Shown piece by piece: positions 1-11,345 of a DNA stretch of 64,000 nucleotides (position 1 is its first letter; each line of letters opens with the position of its first letter). The notes under the pieces are model-generated. The model was given only the letters and a program-made list of their open reading frames with translations. It did not search any database and had not been told where the DNA came from. The stretch comes from Selaginella moellendorffii (lineage: Eukaryota; Plantae; Lycopodiophyta): positions 186,001-250,000 of the forward strand of contig NW_003314316.1 of assembly GCF_000143415.4 (NCBI RefSeq), written 5' to 3'. Made by a program: the position numbers and the translations under genes.

Positions 1-3000
1 GACAAGAGGCGGAAGGAACCAAGACATGTGCCGTACAGGGATAGCAAGCTCACTCGACTTTTACAGGTTTGCGGGAATCACTTTGAAGTCCTGTGATGAT
101 TTAATAAGTGCCTCGTGACAGGATTCACTTGGTGGTAACAGCAGGACTGTGATGATAGGTATACAGCCTTGGCGATTTGTTTCCTTTTTTCTAATCTAAA
201 ATCCTTTTCGCAGCTTGTATCAGTCCGGCTGATTCAAATGTCGAGGAAACTCTTAATACTTTGAAGTACGCAAATCGGGCAAGAAATATCCAAAATAAAC
301 CAATTGTGAATAGAGATCCAATCGGGACAGAGATGCAGAAACTGCGACAGCAACTCAATCTCTTACAGGCAGAGCTTGTTTGTGCTCGTGCAAGTGAATG
401 CGCACCTACAGTTCTTGAGGTAAGGTCTTTTACAAAATCTAGCAAACATAATTGAAATTGAGTGGCTTCGTAGGTTTTGAAGCAAAAGCTCTCTTCGTTG
501 GAGACTAGCAATGAAAAACTACGCAGGGAGTTAATGGAGTCGCAAGAAAGCTGTAACAGTCTTTGTCAACGTGCTCTTGATGCTCAGGTGGAGCGTGATA
601 GGCTCTTACAGGTAGTTGAACGTCGTCCAACATCTGGTTATGACGAGCACACAGCTGAGGTAGAACGACCTTGTTTTTTCTTGTCTCTCGGTTTAATCTA
701 ATTGCTCGATTGCAGCCTACCAGCTTGCTGCAGAGTTACATGAGAACAATTCATGATTTAGAAGCAGAGCTACAGCTATTACGCACGTCGTGTTCTGGCG
801 ATGTTCGCCGCGTTTCAACTTCATCCGATGGAGGGTGCTCCGACATCGTTGACGGAAACCATGGTCTTCTATCAGAAACACGCTGCTTAATGTCGCATCT
901 GATTGAGAATTATGCAGACGTTTTTGAGGAGGATGCCATGACTGCTAAGGAGGTGGAGCATCATCTGTTTCTAAGGGAGTGTATGGATAAGGAACTTCAA
1001 GAGTTGAATATGCAGCTGAAGGAGAAAGAGGTAAACTTAAATTTTTAGAAACTGTGGCCAGGATTTTGAGATTTTCTTTTGAAAACATGATTTTTATCCG
1101 ATGGTTCACAACCTGAGCTTGTACTCTGCAGGCAGAAATGACTCGAGTTGCAAACAATGATGCTGCTGTACTCAAAGACCATTTCGATAAAAAAATACTG
1201 GAGCTTGAAGAGGAGAAGAAGAAGCTTCAGGTAAACTAAGCATTAGTCTTCTGTTTCTAATCATTTGAAATTATCAGATGGAGAAAAAGCTATTGTCGTC
1301 GGAGCTCGAATCACTTCATTCCTCTTCGGATGAACAGACCAAGAGGATTCAGAGTTCATACGCACAGAAGTTGAAAGATCTGGAAACTCAGGTACTATAT
1401 TCTCTTACACACTTTTTTTCTTCTTTTATTTTTATTAATTGTTTTCTTTCTGGTAGATTTCTGATTTAAAAAAGCAGCAGGAAAAACATGCACAGCTCTT
1501 GAGACTCAAGCAACGGAGTGATGATTCGGCGCAACGATTAGAGAATGAGATACACCGAATCAAGCAGCAGAAGGCAATGTTTTCTACCGGGCAGATTTTC
1601 AGTTGGACTTACTTTGCAAGCTTACCATCTCCAGGTGCATTTGCAAAACCGCATAAAGCAGGAATCTGAACATTTTAGAACATGGAAGGCTTGCCGGGAG
1701 AAAGAACTAATGCGCTTGCGCAAGGAAGGTAGGCGGAATGAGTATGAGATGCACAAGCTACAGACCTTGCATGAAAGGCAAAAACAGGTGAATGAAGGTG
1801 TTTATTGTCACCACCATTTTAACATTTTGGCCTTTGCAGGTACTGCATAGGAAAACTGAGGAAGCAGCCACAGCTAGTCGAAGGCTTAAAGAAGTCCTTG
1901 AATCTCGAAAACAGGAAGCTCGTGAAAACCATGTGTCAGGAACACCCGCTAAACTGACTGCGAAGACATTTCAGGTTTGCCTCAGGCGTCTCTTGGTTTG
2001 TTACTAAGCATTGATTTCAACTTTTGTAGCAATGGTTTGATAACGAACTAGAAAGTGCTGTTAGGCTGCGAGAGGCGAGGCTTGCTTACGAGAAGCAAAA
2101 TGCTTTGTAAGCACACTGGTCTCTCTTGGTTCAAATATTAACTTTTCTCTTTCAGCCAAGAGGGAGATGCGCGTTCGGACGCTCAGAACGCACCGACGAG
2201 GTATGCATTGCTTTGTCTATTTGGATGTTTCAGCTCATAATCGTTTCCCAACAGCCCGTGCGACACGGAGGCTCCTTCAGTATCATCTTTCTCGAATGGA
2301 CGTATTGATTCGTTGGAGAGGACGAGCACGGCAATTACCATCTCGACCACGGCAGTAGATTTAGAAGAGGAACAATATAGAGTCAGGGGACCAGTTCGGT
2401 GGCAGCAAGTGCGTACGCTTGGAGATGCCAAGGATCTACTCAACTTCGTTTTCAACGTTGCAGCCTGTGCAAGGTTATTGAACGGAATCTCCGGACGTTT
2501 TCTAACAACAGTAGTTTTGTGATTTGCTGCAGATGCCAGCTAGGTGATAGAGAACACGAAAATAAAGAACTCAATGAGAAAATCAATCTCTTGCTGGATG
2601 AACTGCGGCAAACCGAGTGTCAGAAGAAGCAACTAGAAGAGCTGATGCCCAGGACCACCAATAATACTGGTGTGTCCGATGCTCATGCGGACGAGCTCCT
2701 CCGGCTTGATATTGGGGGGCTTTTGGAAGAGCAAGTTATGAGTTTCTCCAATCCAGACGAACTTGGAGACGGGGTAAGTGTGTCGAATTGTGTGTGTGTG
2801 TGTGTGTGTGTGTGTTTTAGCAGTGTCTTCTTTTCTTTGCAGGCATGCCAGAGCATAGAACCAAATCCAGAGAGCTCAGGAAGGACTTGGAAATGGAGGA
2901 AAAGTGGCACTCAAAAGTGGCCGCTCCAGTTCAAGTGGAAGTGGCAAAAGCCTTGGCGGATAGCTCAGTGGACGCAAAAGAACGAGAAAGCTATAAGGCC

Positions 3001-3037
3001 GGCTTCCAGTGCGCTCAGGGTCCTGGACATGATTTGA
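1..3037 (+). CDS. Kinesin-4 (KIF4/FRA1-like) motor protein, 3' portion, multi-exon, begins before the window
   Basis: Spliced exons give [62 protein letters not shown] (motor end), a coiled-coil stalk ([19 protein letters not shown]...[10 protein letters not shown]) and the plant kinesin-4 tail [14 protein letters not shown]. Stop TGA at 3035-3037. Confidence 0.93.
2789..2815. repeat. (TG)n microsatellite in a kinesin intron
   Basis: tgtgtgtg... run seen directly. Confidence 0.9.
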
Positions 3038-3133
3038 TTCCGGGAGCTCCTTTTTACAAGTTTTTCTACTCGAGTTTTAGCATCCCAGAGCAGGCATATT
3101 TTGACCAGAGTCATGACCATGAAGTTTAAGTTG

Positions 3134-4861
3134 TCAACGCATTTTAGACCAGAGTGCCACCCCGGCAACGCTCCGGGCATCGAAGGGTCCGTCTAGAGCA
3201 TATTCTAGCGCATTTTCACCCAGGATGGCATCCCCTTGCTCCCTGCAAGCTCCCGCCATGGACATCCACGCCATGGAGCTGGGCTGGTACGGCATACACC
3301 CGGCCAGCTCGGCGGCCTTACACACCTCCCCGGAGCGCGCGAGCATGTCCACCATGCACACGAAATGCCTGGCCCCCGGCTCCACGCCGTACGTGGGCCA
3401 CATGGACACGAAATGCGCCCACCCCGTCCGTACGAGGCCCGCGTGTGCGCACGCTGCCAGGACGTTAATGAAGGTCACGCCGTCGGGGGCCTCGCCGTGG
3501 AGCACCATGGCATGGAAGATCCCCAGCGCATCCCGCAGATGCCCGCTCTGGGCATATGCCGCCAGCATGGCGGTCCAGGTGACGCGATCCCGGGAAGATT
3601 CCATGGCGTCAAAGAGATCCCTGGCCACTTCCAGGTGGCCCATCCTACCGTACATGGACAGTAGTGCATTGTGGGCCTGGGCGTCGTCGGGCCGTACGCC
3701 GCTGGCCAGGAGCTCGACATGGACGAGCTTGCCCTCGCGCTCGGCGGGCACGGCAGCGCAGGCATCGATCGCGGCCACAAATGTCTCGCGCGCTGGATTG
3801 ATCCCTTCCACGATCATGAGCTTGAAGAGATCCAAGGCCTCGCTGGGCCGCGCGCTCTGGCAGTAGCCAGAGATCATCGCGTTCCAGGCCACCGTGTCTC
3901 GATCGGGCATTTGATCGAAGATTTCTCGGGCACAGTCGATCTCGCCAAGCTTGTTGTAGCCTGAGATGATCGTAGTCCAAGAAATTGGATTAGGATGAGG
4001 CATGCGAGCCAGCAATCGCCGGGCTTCCTCCATTTGCCCTTTTTGGGCATATGCGGAAATAATCACGTTATAAGTCGCGGCTTCCGGGTCTTGGACCCGA
4101 TCGAAGAGATTCCTTGCTTCTCGGAGATCGTCATCGCTGCCGCCAATGTATGCGGCGATCATTGTCGTCCAGGATGTGGAGTCCTTGATTGCGATGCGAT
4201 CGAACATCCAGCGAGCGCGAGAAATATCCCCTATTTTGGCATATGCCGCGAAGAGGATCGTCTGCGCGACCACGTCCTGTTGTTGCAACCCATTAAAAAT
4301 TTCTTGCGAGCGATCGATCCGCCCTTGAGCTACACAAGCAGCCATGATCGAGGTGGACGAAACGAGGCCGAATTGTGGTGATCGATTAAGCAGCGCCATC
4401 GCGAGATCCAAATGCCCAGATTGGGCAAGCGCTGTGATTATCGCGTTCCAAGACACTGGATCTCTCTCCGGGCACTCACAGAAGAGATCGCTCGCCGCTA
4501 CCACTCTATCCGCCCTCGCCAGCGCCGCTATCACCGTGTTGTACGACACCACGTCCCGGGCGGGCATCTTGGCAAAGATTCTCTCCGCCTCGCCGGGCTG
4601 GGAGTGCCGTACGTGCGCCGCGATGAGAATATTCCAGGAGAAGAGGTTCCGTGCGGCAGCGATGGCGTCGAAGGCGTTCCGTGCGTCCGCCAGGCTGCCC
4701 ATAGTTCCGTACATTTGGACCAGGGTGTTGGCCAGGAGAGTGTTCTTTAGGTAGTGCCTGGTCGCGGCAATTTGGACGTGGACGCGGTGGACGTCGATTA
4801 GGGTCGCGCAGCGCTGGATCAATCCCAGGTACCTGTGGAGCTCTTCCTTGGCCAAGAACAT
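3134..4861 (-). CDS. PLS-class pentatricopeptide repeat protein with an E-like C-terminus (probable organellar RNA-editing factor), intronless
   Basis: Repeated 'A..F..MP.RD.V.W..MI' motifs, then PDGVTFINVLAACAHAGLV...G...F.SM...YGVEPGARHFVCMVDMLARSG...MPYQPSSMAW. No DYW domain. First ATG is at 4861 (4864 is TTG). Confidence 0.93.
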   Translation of the reverse strand: MFLAKEELHRYLGLIQRCATLIDVHRVHVQIAATRHYLKNTLLANTLVQMYGTMGSLADARNAFDAIAAARNLFSWNILIAAHVRHSQPGEAERIFAKMPARDVVSYNTVIAALARADRVVAASDLFCECPERDPVSWNAIITALAQSGHLDLAMALLNRSPQFGLVSSTSIMAACVAQGRIDRSQEIFNGLQQQDVVAQTILFAAYAKIGDISRARWMFDRIAIKDSTSWTTMIAAYIGGSDDDLREARNLFDRVQDPEAATYNVIISAYAQKGQMEEARRLLARMPHPNPISWTTIISGYNKLGEIDCAREIFDQMPDRDTVAWNAMISGYCQSARPSEALDLFKLMIVEGINPARETFVAAIDACAAVPAEREGKLVHVELLASGVRPDDAQAHNALLSMYGRMGHLEVARDLFDAMESSRDRVTWTAMLAAYAQSGHLRDALGIFHAMVLHGEAPDGVTFINVLAACAHAGLVRTGWAHFVSMWPTYGVEPGARHFVCMVDMLARSGEVCKAAELAGCMPYQPSSMAWMSMAGACREQGDAILGENALEYALDGPFDARSVAGVALWSKMR

Positions 4862-5350
4862 CAAAGCATTGATTGATCGATCGATTGAGAAGAGAAACTA
4901 TGGATGGATTGATAGATTTGGAAGAATGTATCGCATGCAATCAGATAAGCGCTCGCGCAGCCATTTTGACGTAGAATCTCTCTCTCTCTCTCTCTGTGTT
5001 CCTTGGAGAAGACGTAGCGTAGCGTCTTTGCGGGCGGATTCCAAGAGCCTACGCTCAATGCGGTTAATTTCCAAAAGAAAGACGCCACCATCAACAACAA
5101 CAAAGCAAACGCAAACGCACACACAACCATCACACGAAGAAGGCAAAAAAATGAGATAAAAATTCGGGCAGGGCCAGGGCTAGGGTTTGCCAGTTTCTTT
5201 GGAGGGCGAAGGCGCTAGAGGGCAGCGGCGAGCGCCTCGACATCGGGCCAGGTTTGGGGATTTTGGATTCGGTGTGGCCGCAGCCAGCAAGGCGAAGATC
5301 CGTCGCGACGGCGCCCCGGTTTATGGGATAGAGGGGGCTGTGCCCGTTTC

Positions 5351-7993
5351 ATGGGAGGGGGTGACACTTGCAGCAGCGACGATGATGAAGAGGAGCAAAG
5401 ACACGGGCCGCCGCTCAAGCGCATGAAGCTCTCCTCGCCTCACCAAGATTCTCGACGCCAGCACCATAATCTCTTGGCGCCATTTCCACTGCTGTCGCCC
5501 AGGCAATCCTCGTCGCTCTACCGCTCGCCAAAGCCCCACGAATCGCTCGGCATGGGTCCGCCGATTGAGAGCCAGATGATGGGGAGCAAGAAGCAAATCC
5601 GCCGCGTGGAGTTTGTCCGGATCATCACGCAAGCCTTGTACTCGCTGGGCTACTCTCGCGCCGCGGCATTGGTGGAAGAGGAATCCGGGGTCCCCTTGCA
5701 GCTGCCGGTGGTGTCCGACTTTCGCCGCGAGGTTTTGGACGGGAGGTGGGAGGAGAGCGTCGCCACTCTCGCCAAAATCGGTCCTTTACTGGACGAGACG
5801 CACAAGCTGGCGGCGTTCCTTATCCTCCAGCAAAAGTTCCTGGAGCTTCTTGTTGATCGCGGCGACGTTCTTGGCGCCCTGCGAACTCTGCGGACGGAGA
5901 TCTCGCCGCTGGGCGTGAACAGGCAACGCGTCCATGAGCTGGCGAGCTGTGTCGTTTGTCCCACCCGAGGGGATATCTTGGAGAAAGTGGAGTGGAAGGG
6001 AAGCGACACGAGGCCAGGATGGCGCTGCTGGAAAAAATACAAGCTTTGCTGCCGCCACACATTATGATCCCGGAGAGGCGGCTAGAACACCTTGTGGAGC
6101 AGGCGCTGGCGGTGCAGCGCGAGGGATGTATTTTCCACAACTCCGCTGAGACGGCACTGTCGCTCTATACCGACCACCAATGCGGACGTGACCAGATCCC
6201 GACTGAAACGGTCCAGGTACTTCATACTTCGTGCTTGTAGCTAGTTGTGGCTGGGTTTTGGTGAATGTAGGTTGCAGCAGTGTGTTTGTCTGTGTGTTTT
6301 GCCTCTTTGGTGAACTGTTCTTGGCTCTGTGTGTGCGTTTTTTCGACAATGTTATTTTAATTTTGATCTTTCTATACATAGTCCATTCTGGATTGATTCG
6401 TGTGTCCTGGGCTTCCATGTTTCAGGTACTAGAGGCTCACGACAATGAAGTATGGTACTTACAATTCTCGCGTGATGGCAGACACTTGGCGTCCGCATCT
6501 AAGGATTGTACAGCTATAATATGGGAGGTCAGTGCTCATGGATCTAGTTGCTTTCTCTTGGATGCTCTGGAGTCAGTTCTAGATCTTTTCTTTTCGTTCT
6601 TTTCCGCATTTGCTCTCTGAATTCGCTACCTACTTAAGTTTTGAATTGGTTTTTCTGCTCCTGCTCTAGTTCTCGTGTCTCGGTCATACAGTCTTCTTCT
6701 CTTCTTATGGTGCCTCCATGTACAGGTTGTAGATGATGATTTTGTAAGGCGGAAGCATACACTTGCCGGACATCACAAATCGGTATCGTTCGTAGCGTGG
6801 AGTCCAGACGACTCTATGATCTTGACGTGTGGAACTGAGGAGGCAGTGAAGCTGTGGGATACAGCAACAGGGGAATGCAAGCACACGTTTCAGAAGGCGA
6901 GCCACGGCTTCACGTCGTGTGCTTGGTTTCCGGACGGGAAAACCTTCGTCACCGGGGCCGCTGATAAGTGCATGTACAGGTGGGACTTGAGTGGTGCCGA
7001 GCTAGAAGTGTGGAAACCCAGGATGCCCAGGATCATCGACTTGGCCGTGACGCCTGACGGCAGCAACGTGGTGTGCATCTGCCACGACAAAGACATTCGA
7101 GTTTTCAACTTGGAGGACAAGACCGAGAGAGTGATCGAGGAGGATCACTCCATCACCTCGTTATCAGTCTCGCTCGACGGACGCTACCTCCTCGTCAACT
7201 TGGTGAGCCAGGAAATCCACTTATGGGACATGGCCTTGAACTCCAGGTCGCCGTGCAAGTACAAGGGCCATAGGCAGGGGCGCTACGTGATAAGGTCGTG
7301 CTTTGGTGGATCCGATCACGCATTTATTGTTAGTGGGAGTGAAGATTCTCAGGTAAATCTTTCTTCTTTTCCTAGTTCTTCGTTCTCTTAGTTCCGTCCT
7401 AGTTCTAGTGTGTTCACTTGCTTGCTCTTGTTTTCCATTCTTCGATCTTAGCTTCTTCACGGACAGTTCTTAGTTCTTGAGTTCTCACTTTGCTGCCTCC
7501 ACAAGTTTCTGTGAGTTTCCTTTGTTTGTTCTTGCGTTGCTTCGGGCTTAGTTTTGATGTTATCTTAGCTTCTTCTCGTACTGTCCTCGACTACTTTCTT
7601 AGTTCTTGAGTCCTCACTTTGCCTCCAAGTTTGTGTCCTTTGCTTGTTCTTGCTTTGCTTCGAGTTTAGTTTTGATGCTCTTGAACGGGTTTTAACTCTT
7701 GTTTCCTTTCTTGTCAGGTGTACATATGGCATAGGGGCAATGGGGAATTGCTAGAGGTGCTACCAGGCCATTCCGGCACTGTGAATTGCGTGAGCTGGAA
7801 TCCCAGCAATCCTCACATGTTTGCATCGGCTAGCGACGATCACACCATCCGGATTTGGGGCCTGAGCGCCACTAAGCGCGACCGCCACCGCCGATCGTCC
7901 GCAGCATCGCCCACTCCAAAGAGCAACGGTGGAATTAGCCACATTGTCAATGGCGGAACCCGAGAGCTTCTCGAGAACCTCAGACCTTTCTAA
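5351..7993 (+). CDS. WDR26/GID7-like LisH-CTLH-WD40 protein (CTLH E3 ligase subunit); apparent 1-nt frameshift near 6007
   Basis: Lis[20 protein letters not shown] ([14 protein letters not shown]), [23 protein letters not shown] repeats ([18 protein letters not shown]; [15 protein letters not shown]; [13 protein letters not shown]). GT donors at ~6217, 6528 and 7353. Confidence 0.88.
7447..7680. repeat. Imperfect tandem duplication (~115-130 bp) in the last WDR26 intron
   Basis: cttagcttcttc...ttcttagttcttgagt.ctcacttt...gttcttgc.ttgcttcg.g.ttagttttgatg occurs twice. Confidence 0.7.
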
Positions 7994-8273
7994 AAAGAAT
8001 TCCAAATTCTCTCTAGTACACATCCCTTCCTTCTTCCTCCACTCTTTTCTAGGGCTCTTCCAAGAACAATAATGGCCACTCGTTACTGATTCCTACAAAT
8101 CTATTGGGGAATTCCCATTGGCCCACGTCATTCGTATTCTTGTGGCCCTGTGTGGAGCAGTACATCTGCGTGGCCACTTTCCATATCGGGCTTTTAGCCA
8201 ATCCGCCTGTTTTAGAAAGTCAGCATATTCGTTTTGCGCATTCATTTTGCCGGGAATATGCCCTGGCGCAGGA

Positions 8274-9483
8274 ATGGCGATGGCGAGAAGAATGGGCGCT
8301 TCCCTTGCGCGGCGCGGCGTCGCCGGCGGCCGGGTTTTGCTCGCGAGGAGGAGCTCTTCCGGATGCGCCTTGGCTGCCGCTAGCGATTTCGATGAGTATC
8401 GGCGGTCGATCAACGGCGGGATCAGCCACAAGGCGCTTCTTGTGGATGCGGCGGGCACGCTCTTGATCCCGGCACAGCCGGCTGCTCAGGTATGGCCGCG
8501 GCGCCTCCTTCCCTCCTCTTCTTGATCCTTCCTGGCGAATATTTCAACCCTTTTCTCGAAGATTTCGTCTCGCATTTTGATCTGATCGAGTTTCGTGCCA
8601 AGGTCTACCGCGAGATCGGGAAGAAATATGGCGTGACGTACACGGAGCAAGAAATTCTGGCCCGGTATCGATGGGCATACTCGCAGCCGTGGTACCAGTC
8701 GCGATTGAGGTGACTCTTCTTCCCTTTCTTCTCTTTGTCTAGAAGATTGATCGAAGCTCTCAAACAAATGTTTCGATCTAGATATGTCCGAGACGCGCGG
8801 CCTTTCTGGGAGTACATCGTACAGCACGCCTCTGGGTGTTCGAGCAAAGAATATTTCGAGGAGCTGTATCATTACTACGAAACACCTGAGGTATGATCAC
8901 GCACAGTGTTTTCTCCTTTCAAGAAAGCTTTGTTTAATCTATCCTCTTCCTTTTGATGATGCGTGACAGGCCTGGTATGTCTCCGACCCAGATGCTGGTA
9001 TGGTCTTTCAAGCTCTCAAAGACGCGGGTGTCAAGATCGCCGTCGTCTCAAACTTTGATACCAGGCTGAGGCCGCTGATGAACTCGCTGGGATGTGATCA
9101 CTGGTTTGATGCCATGGCGATATCCGCGGAGGTGTGTTGTTTTCTTGTCTCTTCATCTGACTTGGTTTGTTTGTTTTTTTTTTCTTTTTCTTTCTAGGTG
9201 GAAGCCGAGAAGCCAAACCCGACAATTTTCTTGCATGCGTGTGAATTGGTGGGAGTCAAACCGGAAGACGCTGTGCACGTTGGAGATGACCGACGCAATG
9301 ATATCTGGGGTGCCAGGGATGCAGGCTGCGACGCTTGGCTCTGGGGTGGAGATGTTCAATCGTTTCGTGATGTAAGCTTTCTTGTCTGTTTTTTTCCTCG
9401 TATTATCTAGCTTCACACTTACAAAATCATAACAGGTTGCAACTAGAATGGGAGTCAATCTTCCCCAGGCGAAGGCGAGGTAA
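8274..9483 (+). CDS. HAD-superfamily hydrolase (HDHD3-like), probably organelle-targeted, about 6 exons
   Basis: Motif I LLVDAAGTL, motif II VVSNFDTRL, EAEKPNPTIF, motif IV HVGDDRRNDIWGARDAG. Ala/Arg/Ser-rich N-terminus. Stop TAA at 9481-9483. Confidence 0.88.
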
Positions 9484-10809
9484 AGTGTAAGGCGAGCTCC
9501 AAGTGAAAGAAAAGTACAGTCGCCTCTTGTATAGTTTCCCGGCTTTTGATACAGAGTTTCGCTGTAAAGCATACTAATGTGTGGACTGCTTGCAGCTGAG
9601 AACTGCATTGTAATTTTGCTTCTTATAATGACGCGAGATTGGACTGCCATCTCTATCAGCTCAGCGTAAATCTCGTTTCTTTTCCCAATGTTTCTTTAGC
9701 AGCAGGGCAGCGCAAAGAGAATCAAGCTGGCAACAGGTCCTAGAGCAAAAGAGCCTGTTGGTACGCACTGCCATCTATTTTCTGAGTTTCAACGTTATAC
9801 TAAGCTATACTACAGGGAGATGGAAAGGCCAGCCAGCGAGAAACGCTCAAAGCCCGTCCAGGAAAAAGGCGATTTGCTTTGTCGTCAGTGCCGACTAAAG
9901 CAGCATTTGTTTTGTGTGGACTCTTCATCAAAGTTAAAGGTAGCACAGCAATGAAACCGAGAGCACGACGAGACACAACTACCTTAAAATCGGGTACGAC
10001 ATTCGGGCACCATTGTTTTCTAACACCTTTTCTAACACCAACTTTGTGTTGCTGGAGCTAAGTTGTCTTAGTCACGCGCAGGGACCCAATGGCAAGCAAT
10101 TTGATAAACAAGCCGACGCCTCGTCTTCTCCAGCTCGCTGTATTGTGAAAGCTCCGGCCTTTGTTTGCGAGGTGGCCGACCCATGCGAGCGCCGACGGAG
10201 CAATCAGGTGAGACCGATGAATCCCACACATTTTGATTTCCTCTCAGAGCCATTTTCTTTGCTTTGCAGGTGACTCTTTGTTTCCCGTGCGCAGGGAATG
10301 AATATCGATTTCCTGGGATAGCAAAAGCCTCGGAATGATAGCTGTTGCTTCGTACGCACGAGAGTATGTCTGGCCAGACTTCACGTGTGCGACACAAGGT
10401 CCTCTCGTTGTGCTTCTCCCATGATCATGACTCGTTTTTCTTCTTGTTTTCCAGCCCTCTTGCGCGTTGGCTTAATGCTTGCTTGGTTGCTTCCACAGTA
10501 CAAGGAGCGTATGCAAAGATGGCGGTAGACGCATCCGGAATCTCGAGAGAGTATCTGTGCATGGCAAGTGTTTGTTTTCTTTCTTCTCCGGATTGTAATA
10601 ACACACTTTATCTCCGATAGTATGTACAGAGTTGCCGCATACGTCACTTGACGACAGTGAAGGAAAGCCTCATGTCTCAGTATAAAAGGCCAGGTTTGTT
10701 CTGGATTTTATTCATTCGTTCTTTCCTTCTTCGGAGTGTTCTGAGTGTGTTTGTGTGGTCCTCTCACAACACAAGCTCTATCCATCTTCTCCAAACTTGC
10801 AGAGTGATC

Positions 10810-11345
10810 ATGAGTGCCAATCTCGTTCTTCTTATCCTGGCAATGCTGCTTCTCTCGTTCCTGGGAGACAGTGCTCGTCTCTTGCCCACTGCTGAAGGTA
10901 GTCTAGTTGGTATTTTGTTTGAAAATCCAAGCTCACTCGTGGTGTGTCTCGCTTGCAGGAAATGGGAATGGCATTGCAGCAGCGGTGGAAGAACCGGGAA
11001 TGCATGAGCAAGAGGTAGGAGAGTGCACAAGAAGAGAGAGAGAGAGTGTGTGTATTTTGAGTTCTCATGAATTCCTAGAGTTTTAATTGACATTTGTGTT
11101 CTGGACAGATATATCCTCGAAAGCTCTGGGCAAGGTTAGACTATCCAAGCCCTGGAACTCATCCAGGCAATCCTCATGAACATCAACTTGAAGAAAATGT
11201 GGATTACTATCCTCCTCGCAACCACAACGACTCACCGCCGGCCCACAAACACATCCCTAGCAATGAGGATCGTCCCGAGCGGCACTTGGTAGATGCATTA
11301 GACTATGTCCCTGCTCGCACCCACACACCATCGCCAGTGCACTAA
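10810..11345 (+). CDS. Small secreted pre-propeptide (126 aa, exons 10810-10897, 10959-11014, 11109-11345) with three Asp-Tyr peptide motifs, RGF/GLV/CLEL-like
   Basis: Canonical GT-AG introns join in frame. Signal peptide MSANLVLLILAMLLLSFLGDSA|RLL, acidic pro-region, then DYPSPGTHPGNPH, DYYPPRNHNDSPPAH and C-terminal DYVPARTHTPSPVH*. Confidence 0.8.

Noticed and set aside
3154-4940. Many overlapping ORFs over the PPR gene (similarly over 42137-43738 and 35713-36362)
   Set aside because: Shadow ORFs of GC-rich real genes
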